This document shows positions 7,967 to 17,309 of a stretch of 64,000 bases of DNA, one piece after another (the first letter of the stretch is position 1; every line of letters begins with the position of its first letter). The stretch covers positions 2,890 through 66,889 of the forward strand of contig CANPTW010000005.1 of the NCBI GenBank assembly GCA_947577075.1, written 5' to 3'. Below the pieces are notes generated by a model. The model ran no database searches. It saw nothing but the letters and a program-made list of their open reading frames with translations, and was not told the DNA's origin. The stretch is from an uncultured Oscillibacter sp. (lineage in GTDB: Bacteria > Bacillota > Clostridia > Oscillospirales > Oscillospiraceae). The position numbers and the translations under genes were made by a program.

Positions 7967-9244
7967 TTAAGGGCCGTCCCACAGCCGATAGTAGTCCTCC
8001 AGCCGGCCTTGGATGCGGTTCAGATCGGCCTGCAGCTGCTGGATATACTCCAGCGATATCTGCGGCGCGCCCTCCGGGGAGTCCGCCCGGACTTGCGGAA
8101 AGTACCGCTCCCGGTTTAAAACACAGCCGTTTTCCTCAATCTCGGAATTAGGGACCAGCCTGGCCTGGGCCCAATCCGGAGCTTCCGCAAAAATGTCCCG
8201 CTTCGCGGCGGCAAGCAGTTGTCTGCTCAACTGGCTTCGCTTCCTCCCGGAGGTTTCCCCCCGGCAGAGATCCAGCATCCGGACCGGCATACCCGCCGCC
8301 CGGTTCTTTTTCAGGACCAGGATGCTGACGGGGATACGGGTGGTGTACAGCAGGTGCTCGGGAAGATAGACCAGGGTGTCCAGAAGGTTTTCCCCGAGCA
8401 GCGTCTTCCGAAAGGCGTTGTCCCGCCCGGAGCGGAACAGGACGCCGTTGGGAATGACGGCGACCACGGCGGCGTGAGGGGCGGCGGCGTCCAGCATATC
8501 CTGCAGGCGCCGGGATTCCTCCCTCTGGCCGAAGGGAATGAGGGAGAGAACGAGATCGGCGCCGGCGGGAAGCGGTTTCTCCGGGCCGGTGTGGATGTGG
8601 AAGTCCACCGTCTTTCCGGCAAGAGCGAGGTAAACGGAGGCGATATCCGCAATTTTGCGGTTGCCCGTGAAGCCCGTGACGTGGGCCTTTGCCGGAGAGG
8701 CTCCCTGGACGGCGTGGACCAAAAGGCTCCCCGTACCGCAGGAGGGGTCCAGGATTGCCGCCTCCTCCTTAGGGAGGGCGCAGCTCTGAACAAGCCAGGA
8801 GACGAGGACGGCGATATCCCGGGGAGGCGTGTATTCCGCCAGCTGCTGGGAACTTTCCGCCAGGGCGTAAAGAAGCTCCCGGAAGGACAGCAGGATATCG
8901 GACCCGCTTGCCAGACGGCCCTGCTGCTCCAAATGCTGGAACAGGCCGGCCGCGGTGTCCCAGATCCGGCGTTCCTCCTGCCCGTCGGGGGAGAAGGGCG
9001 TATATGCGGATAGAATATTGGAAAGGGACGGCGCAAATTGGCGCAGGGCCTGGGTCACCTCCTCCCGGCAGGCAAGCGCGTCGGGGGGCCGGAAATTCCT
9101 GGGGCCGGAGAACCGGAGGGAAAGGCCGGCGGTCTTTAAATACAGCATGCAGCCAAAGCACAGGAGCACGTCCTCCTCGTGATAGGCGGGCCCCCTCTGG
9201 GCGTGCTGGTTCGCAATGTGCGCATAAATGTGACTACTGTCCAC
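7967..9244 (-). CDS. Type I R-M HsdM-like N6-adenine methyltransferase with degenerate catalytic motif
   Basis: Motif I ILDPSCGTGSLL, plus IPNGVLFRSG and LPEHLLYTTRIPVSILVLKK. Motif IV reads SLIPF instead of NPPF. GTG start after GGAGG. Confidence 0.8.
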   Translation of the reverse strand: MDSSHIYAHIANQHAQRGPAYHEEDVLLCFGCMLYLKTAGLSLRFSGPRNFRPPDALACREEVTQALRQFAPSLSNILSAYTPFSPDGQEERRIWDTAAGLFQHLEQQGRLASGSDILLSFRELLYALAESSQQLAEYTPPRDIAVLVSWLVQSCALPKEEAAILDPSCGTGSLLVHAVQGASPAKAHVTGFTGNRKIADIASVYLALAGKTVDFHIHTGPEKPLPAGADLVLSLIPFGQREESRRLQDMLDAAAPHAAVVAVIPNGVLFRSGRDNAFRKTLLGENLLDTLVYLPEHLLYTTRIPVSILVLKKNRAAGMPVRMLDLCRGETSGRKRSQLSRQLLAAAKRDIFAEAPDWAQARLVPNSEIEENGCVLNRERYFPQVRADSPEGAPQISLEYIQQLQADLNRIQGRLEDYYRLWDGP

Positions 9245-9809
9245 GGTCCCCTCCAAACTGCCGGGCCAAAAGGAACTGGTGATAGCGCCGCTTTGCCGTG
9301 AGCAGGGCCTCGAGCTGCTTCTGCTCGGCGTTTGACAGCGCAAAGAATTCCGCGATGCTCCGCTGCCGCTCCGGGTCCGGAAGGGGGATCTCCAATTCCT
9401 GCAAAGTGGACAGCTTCAGGGACTGGACCGTGGAGCAGATGCGGGCTCTCCCGGCGGCCTGGGCAAAGGCCGGGCTGTTGAAAAAGGCGTTTAGGTATTC
9501 GGGAGCGCAGCGCCCGGGCTGCCGGCACCGGATGATGGCGAAATAGGAGGAGACCAGCAGGCCGCAGTCCTCCTCCCGCGTGATGCACAGGGCTTGATTG
9601 GGCGCGGCAATTTTCATGACGATGTCCCCAGGCCGGGTGAAAAACATGCCGTCTATGCCGACGCGGGCGGAAAAAGGCTCGCTGCCCGTAATTTCGCCGT
9701 AGGGGCTGATCTGCCTTGCCGAGAGCATCCGGTGCTCCGTTCCACCGGGAGACTCCCAGCGTTTGATGGGCAGGCCGATGTGCAGATCGGCCAGTTCTTT
9801 AAGCCGCAT
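9234..9809 (-). CDS. Half-size type I specificity subunit (single TRD, HsdS-like)
   Basis: MRLKELADLHIG…, GDIVMK, PEYLNAFFNS and LQELEIPLPDPERQRSIA. Confidence 0.8.
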   Translation of the reverse strand: MRLKELADLHIGLPIKRWESPGGTEHRMLSARQISPYGEITGSEPFSARVGIDGMFFTRPGDIVMKIAAPNQALCITREEDCGLLVSSYFAIIRCRQPGRCAPEYLNAFFNSPAFAQAAGRARICSTVQSLKLSTLQELEIPLPDPERQRSIAEFFALSNAEQKQLEALLTAKRRYHQFLLARQFGGDRGQ

Positions 9810-9827
9810 GGCGATTCCTTTCTGCCG

Positions 9828-10010
9828 TCAATGGGAGGGCGGCTCACAGCCTGTCATGGTCTTTTTGCGGATGCGGGCGAAGGGACTCGGGTCGCGCTTG
9901 ACCTGCATCATGGAGCCGGTGCTGGTGTCATACTTCACCCAGCGCCGCAGGCTCCGGTTGTAAATCTGGCATCGGTTTTTCATGTAAGGGTGGGTTGTTC
10001 GTTTCTGCAT
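9828..10010 (-). CDS. 60-aa basic protein resembling a widespread uncharacterised small family (R-x-Q-x-x-N…W-V-K-x-D-x-x-T-G…K-x-D-x-x-P-F)
   Basis: NRCQIYNRSLRRWVKYDTSTGSMMQVKRDPSPFARIRK; RBS GAGGAG. Confidence 0.6.
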   Translation of the reverse strand: MQKRTTHPYMKNRCQIYNRSLRRWVKYDTSTGSMMQVKRDPSPFARIRKKTMTGCEPPSH

Positions 10011-10174
10011 TTCAGCCGTGCTCCTCTGTAAAATAGACTGGAAAGAAGGCGCGGAGGCTTGACCCATGAAGGGGAACATGCTAAAATAGCATTTGTCGGT
10101 ATGCACGGGCTTGCCTGTGCCTATCCCCGCCGCAGGGATCGCACTCCCTGCGGCGGTTTTCTTTCTGTAGGGCT

Positions 10175-10203
10175 ATTATACGGGAAGATTTTGCTGCTGT
10201 CAA
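10175..10203 (-). promoter_or_regulatory. Perfect-consensus sigmaA promoter of the small protein-hsdS-hsdM operon
   Basis: TTGACA-17 nt-TATAAT; leader hairpin CCGCCGCAGGGA/TCCCTGCGGCGG at 10127-10156. Confidence 0.8.
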
Positions 10204-10439
10204 GTTTTTTTGCACGTGGAACAACGCGACGCGAGGGGGCACGCGCCTCTATGCCGCGGCGGATGCCGGAACCTTTCATAAAAAAGGCCGAGTCCCGGCT
10301 GGACCGGGGGCTTGCCTGCGCCTGAAAGGGGAGGGCCGCCCAGGGGAGGGCCGCCGTTCCGGCAGCCGGCGGAACGATGAAAAACGAGAGGAACCCCTCC
10401 CGGGTTCCTCTCGCGGTGTTTTGGAAGCGTTTCTTCCGC

Positions 10440-12110
10440 CTACGCGTGATAGCAGCCTCCGCCGATGAACTCCCGCATCAGGGAGGTCTTGGGGATGTTG
10501 TCCGCGGGAATGGGCAGGAAATAATTCAAGAACTTCAGCAGGCGCTTTGCCTCGATATATTCCTCGCTGTCCCGGGGAACGCCGAAGAGCAGGGGCTGGA
10601 CATAGGGCTTCAGCAGGGCCGTCTCGTAGATCAGGGCCGAGTTGAAGATCATATCCGCGCTGTCCTGGAAGGGGAAGATGTTGTTCTCCTCTCCCCGCCG
10701 GACGGAGGGCCACATCTTAATGGTGGCCTGGGCGCTGTAGCCCCGGGTCCGGGCGTCCCGCTCGATGCGCCGCAGGAGGCGGGCGTCGGTGGTGGGGATG
10801 CGGTTGTGGTCGTCGATGTTCAGGGTGGTGAGGCAGCTGATATAGATTTTGTATTTGCTCTCCTTGGGCAGGGAGCGGGTGAACTGGTCGTTCAGGCAGT
10901 GGATGCCCTCGATGACCAGCACGTCCCCCTCCTCCAGGCGGAGGAAGTTGCCGTTGTACTCCCGCTGGCCCTTTTTGAAGTTATAGGTGGGGATCTCCAC
11001 CGTCTCGCCGTTCAGCAGGCGGATGCAGTCCTGGTTGAACTGCTCCACGTCCATGGCCCCCAGGCCCTCGAAGTCGTAGTTGCCGTTTTCGTCCCGGGGG
11101 GTCTTATCCCGGTTGACGAAGTAGTTGTCCGTGGCGATGGGATAGGGCCGCAGGCCGCAGGCCCGGAGCTGGGTGGACAGCCGGTGGGAGAAGGTGGTCT
11201 TGCCGGAGGAGGAGGGCCCCGCGATCATGACGAACCGGACCTCCTTCCGGGAGGCGATTTCCGCGGCGATGTCCCCGATTTTCTTCTCCATCATGGCCTC
11301 GTGGGCCAGGATAAGGGGCGTGGCGCCGCCCTGGGAAATGGTGGTGTTCAGCTCCGCCACGTTGGAGGCGTTCAGCGCCTCGGAGCGCAGCGTGGATTCA
11401 TAGAGCTCCCGGAAGACCTTGCGGGAGGGGCGGAAATCCCCCAGATGGTTGGGGTCCTTCTGGGTGGGCAGGCGGAGGACGAAGCCGTTTTCAAACAGCT
11501 CCAGGCCGAAGCAGCGGATATAGCCCGTGTCCGGCGCCATATAGCCGTAGAAATAGTCCACGAAGCCGTCCAGAGAGTAGACGTTAACATGGGAGTTGAT
11601 CCGGAAGCTGAGCAGCTGGGCCTTATGGACCAGCCGGGCCTCCCGGAAGAGGTCGATGGCGTCGTCGGTGTTGAGGGTTTTCTTCTCAATGGGCAGCGCC
11701 AGGGCGGACAGCTCCCGCATCCGGGCCTCCACCCGCTCCAGCAGAGCCTGGTTCAGGATGAACCCGCCCCGGGCCAGGATGAACAGGGCGCTGCTGAGGG
11801 AGTACTCCACGGAAATGCGCTCCACATTCTCCCGCCCCACCACGTCGTAGAAGGCTTTCAGCATCAGGAAGACCGCGCTGCGCTCATAGGTTTGGATACC
11901 GGGTTTGTCCCGGGCGGTGACCATTTTCAGCGAGCAGTCCCGGTCCAGAAGCTTGTGGAGCTCACAGAGCTTTCCGTCCCGGTTCACCAGGAGAATGTCA
12001 CAGGGGTATCGGTCCTGGAAATCCGCCGCAATGGCGCGGTAGGGCGTCCCGTGGGGATAAGCGTGCTCCGCGCCGTCCACGGTGACCTTCAGCATTCTCT
12101 TCTCTTCCAT
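10440..12110 (-). CDS. Nucleoside (uridine) kinase with ThrRS-like N-terminal domains
   Basis: P-loop IAGPSSSGKTT, plus VIEGIH and DARLLRRIERD; common clostridial architecture. Confidence 0.9.
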   Translation of the reverse strand: MEEKRMLKVTVDGAEHAYPHGTPYRAIAADFQDRYPCDILLVNRDGKLCELHKLLDRDCSLKMVTARDKPGIQTYERSAVFLMLKAFYDVVGRENVERISVEYSLSSALFILARGGFILNQALLERVEARMRELSALALPIEKKTLNTDDAIDLFREARLVHKAQLLSFRINSHVNVYSLDGFVDYFYGYMAPDTGYIRCFGLELFENGFVLRLPTQKDPNHLGDFRPSRKVFRELYESTLRSEALNASNVAELNTTISQGGATPLILAHEAMMEKKIGDIAAEIASRKEVRFVMIAGPSSSGKTTFSHRLSTQLRACGLRPYPIATDNYFVNRDKTPRDENGNYDFEGLGAMDVEQFNQDCIRLLNGETVEIPTYNFKKGQREYNGNFLRLEEGDVLVIEGIHCLNDQFTRSLPKESKYKIYISCLTTLNIDDHNRIPTTDARLLRRIERDARTRGYSAQATIKMWPSVRRGEENNIFPFQDSADMIFNSALIYETALLKPYVQPLLFGVPRDSEEYIEAKRLLKFLNYFLPIPADNIPKTSLMREFIGGGCYHA

Positions 12111-12534
12111 AGAGTGGCCTCCTTTGTATATAATCGCCCCGCTGAGAAAGCGGGCTTCCCGGCTTCAGGGTTCCCCCTTATCATACGATATTTCTCAGAA
12201 AAAAACAAGAATAACTCGGCAGGGCGGGATCAATTTAGGCAGAAAGCCCAAATGACCAGGCATGCCCCACGGGAAGCCCCGCCCCGGGGCGGCCTTGCTC
12301 CGGCCTCCGGGGCGGCCCGAAGACCTACGCCGGGAGGGCCGGCACGCCGCTTTCCCGGGCGCTCGCGCGCACTTCCGGCCCGGCGGGCAGGCATTGCCCC
12401 CAGTATTGCATGCGGAGAAACCATAATCCATGGAATATCCCACCGCCGCATGAAAAGACGGCGGAAGAGCCGTGGAAGCCTGTTCAAAAAAGTCGGTTTT
12501 ATGGGCTTATTTTAAAAAAAGCGGAGCGCATCCA

Positions 12535-12563
12535 TTGCGTTTTGCAAAAGGATGTGGTAATAT
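12535..12563 (+). promoter_or_regulatory. Probable sigmaA promoter of the four-gene operon
   Basis: TTGCGT-17 nt-TAATAT with TG extension. Confidence 0.5.
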
Positions 12564-12677
12564 TTAACAACGTCGCAAGCTCCGGAGCATGGGGGTTTGT
12601 GGAAAATTTTCGCGACAGGCGGGCTGCCTCTGCGGAGCGGTGCCCCGGCGTCAACTTTAACAAGGGGGATGGATACG

Positions 12678-13772
12678 ATGGAGCAGTTCGTGGTACGGAT
12701 CGGCGAGCGCCTGACGTCCTATCGGTTTTACCATGATCTTCTGCCGCAGCTGCACGACTATGCCCGGCAGCGGTCGGGGGCTCCGGTCATATTTGACTTC
12801 ACGGGGACGAAGAGCGTCTCCCCCCTGGTTATCCCCAATCTGCTCTGCGTGGGCTATATCATTGGGGAGAGCTACGGGCGCCCGCCGGAGATTTTCGTTC
12901 CGGACAATTCCGCCTCCGATCCTGTGCGGACGTACCTGCATGACATCGACTTTGTCAAGGTGGCGAAGGACTACGGCCTGTTTTCCTTTGCGTCCTCCAT
13001 CGACTACGGGCCGCGCCAGCGGATAATCAGCAGCCTGAATAAAACCCGGGAATTTGACTTCCATGAATTTGCGGACGTAACCGTGGGCGCGGAAGGGGAG
13101 GAGAAAATAAAGGTTGATAAGGCCGGGGTGGAACGAAAGGTCGGCGGTCTGTTTGGCGCCTTTTTTTCAAAGTACCTTTCGGAGTTCCTGGAAACGGATT
13201 CGACCGGCGAAAACCCGGAAGAAGCGAAGGAACTTTATAACACCGCGGAGAAGCAGTGCATGGAGCTGATTGTCAATTCGATTGGGCATGGAGAGAGCTT
13301 CGCGTTTATGACGGCCCAGGTCAATTACACCCAGGGCAGGATCTATATTTCGGTTGCGGACTGCGGGATCGGCTTCCGGACGGCCGTCAACAAGCAGATC
13401 GTGAAGAAGCAGGAGCCCTTCCAGGAGCATATAAAGCCGGTAGAGGACGAGCTGGAGGCGATTGTAAATGCCATTTTCAGCCGGGCGAAGGACGAAAACA
13501 CGATATACGGCCTTTATCCCCTCATTAAAAAGGTCCTGCGGCTGAATGGAATTGTGCGCATTCACTCCGTGGATACACAGCTGATTTTGACGCAGAAAAT
13601 GCTGACGCGGCTCGACGTCGCTGCCGGCCGGGGACGGAGCATTCAGGAGATACGGGATTCCTTTTTAAACATCGTGCGCAGGGAACAGGGCGGCGGCACG
13701 GTCTATACAAACATGAAGTGTGGAGGGGCCCATGTGGAAATTGAGCTTCCGCTCAAACGGGAGGGCGTGTGA
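12678..13772 (+). CDS. GHKL/HATPase_c protein with STAS-like N-terminus
   Basis: N box ELIVNSIGHG, G1 box VADCGIGF, C-terminal GAHVEIELP; N-terminal VIFDFTGTKSVSP. No HisKA H-box and no TM segment. Confidence 0.7.
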   Translation: MEQFVVRIGERLTSYRFYHDLLPQLHDYARQRSGAPVIFDFTGTKSVSPLVIPNLLCVGYIIGESYGRPPEIFVPDNSASDPVRTYLHDIDFVKVAKDYGLFSFASSIDYGPRQRIISSLNKTREFDFHEFADVTVGAEGEEKIKVDKAGVERKVGGLFGAFFSKYLSEFLETDSTGENPEEAKELYNTAEKQCMELIVNSIGHGESFAFMTAQVNYTQGRIYISVADCGIGFRTAVNKQIVKKQEPFQEHIKPVEDELEAIVNAIFSRAKDENTIYGLYPLIKKVLRLNGIVRIHSVDTQLILTQKMLTRLDVAAGRGRSIQEIRDSFLNIVRREQGGGTVYTNMKCGGAHVEIELPLKREGV

Positions 13773-14791
13773 TGTTCGTATTTAAGGATTCCGGGCAGGG
13801 AATGTGTCTGATTCCCGTCGCCTTTGACCATATGCTGTTTCAGTTTTCCAAGCGGGCAAAGGGCGTTTTCACGCCGGTGCGCTTCGAGAGTGAGAAGTGC
13901 CTCGAGGCCGGCTACCTTGCCGGCCTCTGCCGGGAGATCGAAACGCTGGACTGTCCGGTATGCCTGGACATGCGGTATGTGTCCTCCGCCGAGGCCCGCA
14001 GCTTTGAGCCCTTTGCGCGGAAGCAGTTCCCGGTTTTCTTCTGCGGAGTCTGCCCCTCTTTGGAAGAGATCCTGTTTCAGGATATGGGGGAGCTGGAAGC
14101 CTGCCGGCACCCGAAGGTTTTTTGCGTTGAAAATCCCCTCGTCAAGAAAATCGCCGACTGCCCGGACTTCTTGGAAACCGTGGAGGGACTTTACCGGGAG
14201 AAGATCCGGGACCTGCTGCGCTCCGTCACCCGGCCCAAAAAAGACGCTTCCGGAAGGATCGTTGAGATAAAGCTGGAGTCTTCGGGGGTTTTCGTCAACC
14301 GCTATGTGGCGCTGAAGGATCTCTTTCTGCAGATGGACGGAGCCCTCTTCCTCCTGTATGAGATGGCGGAACGGGTCTATGCCAAATACCCCGCCGCGGC
14401 GGACCGGGAAAGCAAGACGCTCATCAGCTGCAGCAAGACCGGCGCGGCCTATGCCAGCCTTTTGAGCATGCTGCTGAACATGCGCGCGGTCTACTGCAAG
14501 AGCGTGGGCCCCAAATTTGCCCTGGATACCGTCCGCCTGAAGAGCGAGATTCAGGAGGGACAGGATTACATTTACGTGTTCGATTTCCTCTGCATGGGGA
14601 CCGAGGCCCGGATCCTCCATGCGCTGGTCAACTGCCTGGGGGGAAATCTTTTGTACGGCATTGGCGCGGCGAACTATCTGGACATTGGGGCGGAGGAGTT
14701 CCGCGACAGCTTCTTTTCGAAGCTGGAGACGCTGAGCGACATCCAGTCGGCGGTGGATGGATACCGCGTCCGGCCCATTGTCAGGGAGTGA
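13772..14791 (+). CDS. Phosphoribosyltransferase-fold protein with degenerate PRPP loop
   Basis: LESSGVFVNRY, LISCSKTGAAYASLL and YIYVFDFLCMGTE; TGATG coupling to the upstream gene. Confidence 0.65.
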   Translation: MFVFKDSGQGMCLIPVAFDHMLFQFSKRAKGVFTPVRFESEKCLEAGYLAGLCREIETLDCPVCLDMRYVSSAEARSFEPFARKQFPVFFCGVCPSLEEILFQDMGELEACRHPKVFCVENPLVKKIADCPDFLETVEGLYREKIRDLLRSVTRPKKDASGRIVEIKLESSGVFVNRYVALKDLFLQMDGALFLLYEMAERVYAKYPAAADRESKTLISCSKTGAAYASLLSMLLNMRAVYCKSVGPKFALDTVRLKSEIQEGQDYIYVFDFLCMGTEARILHALVNCLGGNLLYGIGAANYLDIGAEEFRDSFFSKLETLSDIQSAVDGYRVRPIVRE

Positions 14792-14808
14792 AGAAAGGAG
14801 GCGGGCTG

Positions 14809-16614
14809 ATGGGAATTGAAAAACGCTATCAGAAGCTGGGCTGCTATAGGAAATTGACGCCCAATTACCAAGACAAGCTGGATAGGCTGATTGATGCTTA
14901 TGCGGACGATTTGGATGCTCCCATCCACGTGGGTGATTCCCTGTTTACGCCCCATGACTTTAACCACCACTGTTATAACCTGTACCGCATTATCAGCGAA
15001 AACCTCTGCGATTTGGATATAGGCGGCGACAGGACTAAAACCCTCTCGGAATTCGAGCTCTTTTTGCTGGACATCGCGGTGCTGTTCCACGACTGTGCCA
15101 TGAGCTCGAAGGTGAAGCTTGAGGTGCGGAGAGAAGTTCACTCAGCGGACTCGGCGGAACGGTTCCTGAAGCTTTGGAGGGACAGCGAGTCGACGCTCTC
15201 CAAGGTGCGCAGGGAAGCCAATATGAGTGAAAACGACGCCAAGATTGTGGCGGCCGTAATCCGGGCCCACAGCGACGACAAAAGCGCGCCGTCGCCTGAG
15301 AAAACCGGGATATTTGACGAGGGCCTTTCGGATGCGATGCCCTCCTCGGATGCAGGGCCTGTCAGGGCAAAGTTTTTGGCGGGCATTCTGCGCCTGGCGG
15401 ACGAGCTGGATATTACCAGCGACCGGCTGGGGGATACCCGCCTGAAGGAACAGCTGGATCCCGGCAACGCGGATAATCGTGTTTCCGCACGGCACTGGAA
15501 AAACCTCACCTATTTTTCAGCTCTTCGAAAATCTGCGGAGGTGGAAACCCAGCTGGACCTTGTGCTGGACGAGGATGCGATCCGGGAGGAGATTGACAAG
15601 GGCAATGGAGATGTTGTGCACGCGGAGATCTGGAAGGTAAAGGAGAAAATTGACCGGGAGCTGGAAAAGATCAAAAAGGAAATCTTTCAGAAGAACGCAT
15701 TAGGCCGAAGAATCATTCGCGTGGAAACGACCGCCGTTTCGACCAGGCAGGAACGCTTTAAACAGCCTCCGCAGGAGGAGGGAGCGGGCGATTCCCCCGC
15801 CCCCGTCCGGCCGGGCGGCGATCTGGACGTTCCTCACGGCAGGGGCGGCACAAGCCTTGTTAAAAAAAGCGGGGGCGCCAAGGAGGAAACCGGAGACGCA
15901 CCCCGCCAACCCGCGGGGGAGAGCGAGAAGCCGGCGGAAGTGGGCGTGAGCGTTGTCTCGAAGCGGGTTCAGGCTCCGCTGGACAAGTTTATTGTGCAGC
16001 AGAAGCTGGTGGAAACCGGGCACTTCCGCAAAAACGGCACGTGGTGCGCCAGGGACTGGATCAATATGACCAGGGTGGTGGAGGAGCCGGAGCTGCTGGA
16101 CAACTGTGTCAAGGCGTTTGCGGGGCACATCTATGAGAACATGGACCTGGACGGCACCATCATTCTGGGAATCGACCTGAACGGGACGCTGCTGGGGGTC
16201 CGGGTCGCGGCGAAGCTGCGGTGCCCCTTTGGCCTGCTGGTGCCGCCGCAGGAGCTGTCCGGCCCCGACGGCCGGGTGGATTTCAGCCGCTTTCAGCATG
16301 TAATTTATATCACGGACGTGGTGGTTACCGGCGACATGATTGCAAGGGTGACGGAGAGCTACCAGCTGGAAGAGAAGGTGATCGGCACCTATGCGCTGCT
16401 GTACCGCAGGCCGGTCCCCCACGAGGTTCCGCCGGAGAAGGGCGACGCGCGGACGGCGGGCGCGCGGGAGAAAGAGCGGGAGCAGCTTTACCAGTTTAAG
16501 CGGCCGCTGTACTGCATCAGCGACAGCTTTGACTGCGAGCTGACGCGGGAAGCGGACTGCTCCTGGATAAAGAGCGAAACCGGCTGCATTTCCCGCCATA
16601 AAATTGTGAAATAG
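14809..16614 (+). CDS. HD-domain hydrolase fused to an OPRTase-like PRTase domain
   Basis: HD motifs TPHDFNHH, VLFHDCAM, IRAHS and LRLADELD; low-complexity linker; C-terminal GHF, LGIDLNG and YITDVVVTG. Confidence 0.75.
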   Translation: MGIEKRYQKLGCYRKLTPNYQDKLDRLIDAYADDLDAPIHVGDSLFTPHDFNHHCYNLYRIISENLCDLDIGGDRTKTLSEFELFLLDIAVLFHDCAMSSKVKLEVRREVHSADSAERFLKLWRDSESTLSKVRREANMSENDAKIVAAVIRAHSDDKSAPSPEKTGIFDEGLSDAMPSSDAGPVRAKFLAGILRLADELDITSDRLGDTRLKEQLDPGNADNRVSARHWKNLTYFSALRKSAEVETQLDLVLDEDAIREEIDKGNGDVVHAEIWKVKEKIDRELEKIKKEIFQKNALGRRIIRVETTAVSTRQERFKQPPQEEGAGDSPAPVRPGGDLDVPHGRGGTSLVKKSGGAKEETGDAPRQPAGESEKPAEVGVSVVSKRVQAPLDKFIVQQKLVETGHFRKNGTWCARDWINMTRVVEEPELLDNCVKAFAGHIYENMDLDGTIILGIDLNGTLLGVRVAAKLRCPFGLLVPPQELSGPDGRVDFSRFQHVIYITDVVVTGDMIARVTESYQLEEKVIGTYALLYRRPVPHEVPPEKGDARTAGAREKEREQLYQFKRPLYCISDSFDCELTREADCSWIKSETGCISRHKIVK

Positions 16615-16624
16615 GGGAATTCGT

Positions 16625-17263
16625 ATGAAAATTATCAAACCTTCCTTTGAAATCCTGACCGCCCTCGACAGCCGGGAAATCCTGAAAACCATTGAGCGCA
16701 TCGGGCGGGTCTGCTATAAAAGCGAAGACCGCATAAACGAGGAGTCCGCAGGAAGGTTTATCAGGAATCTGCTTTCCAGGGGACATGAGTCCGTGATCGA
16801 GCATGTTTCCGTGACGGCGAAGGTGATCTGTGACCGGGGCGTCAGCCATGAGATTGTGCGGCACCGCATTGCCAGCTACAGCCAGGAGAGCACGCGGTAC
16901 TGCAACTATTCGCTGGGGAAGTTCGGCAATGAACTGACGGTGATCCGCCCCTGCTTTTGGGAGGAATCCGACGAGTGCTACCAAATCTGGCGCAAAAGCA
17001 TGGAGGAGGCCGAGCGGGTTTACCTGGATTTGATTTCCAGGGGCGCGTCCCCGCAGGAGGCCAGGAGCGTGCTTCCGAACAGCCTGAAGACCGAGCTGGT
17101 CATGACCATGAATCTGAGGGAATGGCGTCACTTTTTCCGGCTTCGGGCGGACGAGCACGCCCATCCCCAGATGCAGGAAATCGCCTTCATGATGCTGGAG
17201 GAGTTCCACCGGCGGCTGCCCGTCCTGTTTGAGGACCTGTGGGCGGAAAAGCCGCCGGTCTGA
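16625..17263 (+). CDS. thyX: FAD-dependent thymidylate synthase
   Basis: GHESVIEH, signature RHRIASYSQESTRY, EARSVLP and NLREWRHF. Confidence 0.95.
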   Translation: MKIIKPSFEILTALDSREILKTIERIGRVCYKSEDRINEESAGRFIRNLLSRGHESVIEHVSVTAKVICDRGVSHEIVRHRIASYSQESTRYCNYSLGKFGNELTVIRPCFWEESDECYQIWRKSMEEAERVYLDLISRGASPQEARSVLPNSLKTELVMTMNLREWRHFFRLRADEHAHPQMQEIAFMMLEEFHRRLPVLFEDLWAEKPPV

Positions 17264-17309
17264 GGGACGTTCCCTCCGTGGGCCCCGCCGCCGGGCGTTT
17301 CGGTATGGC

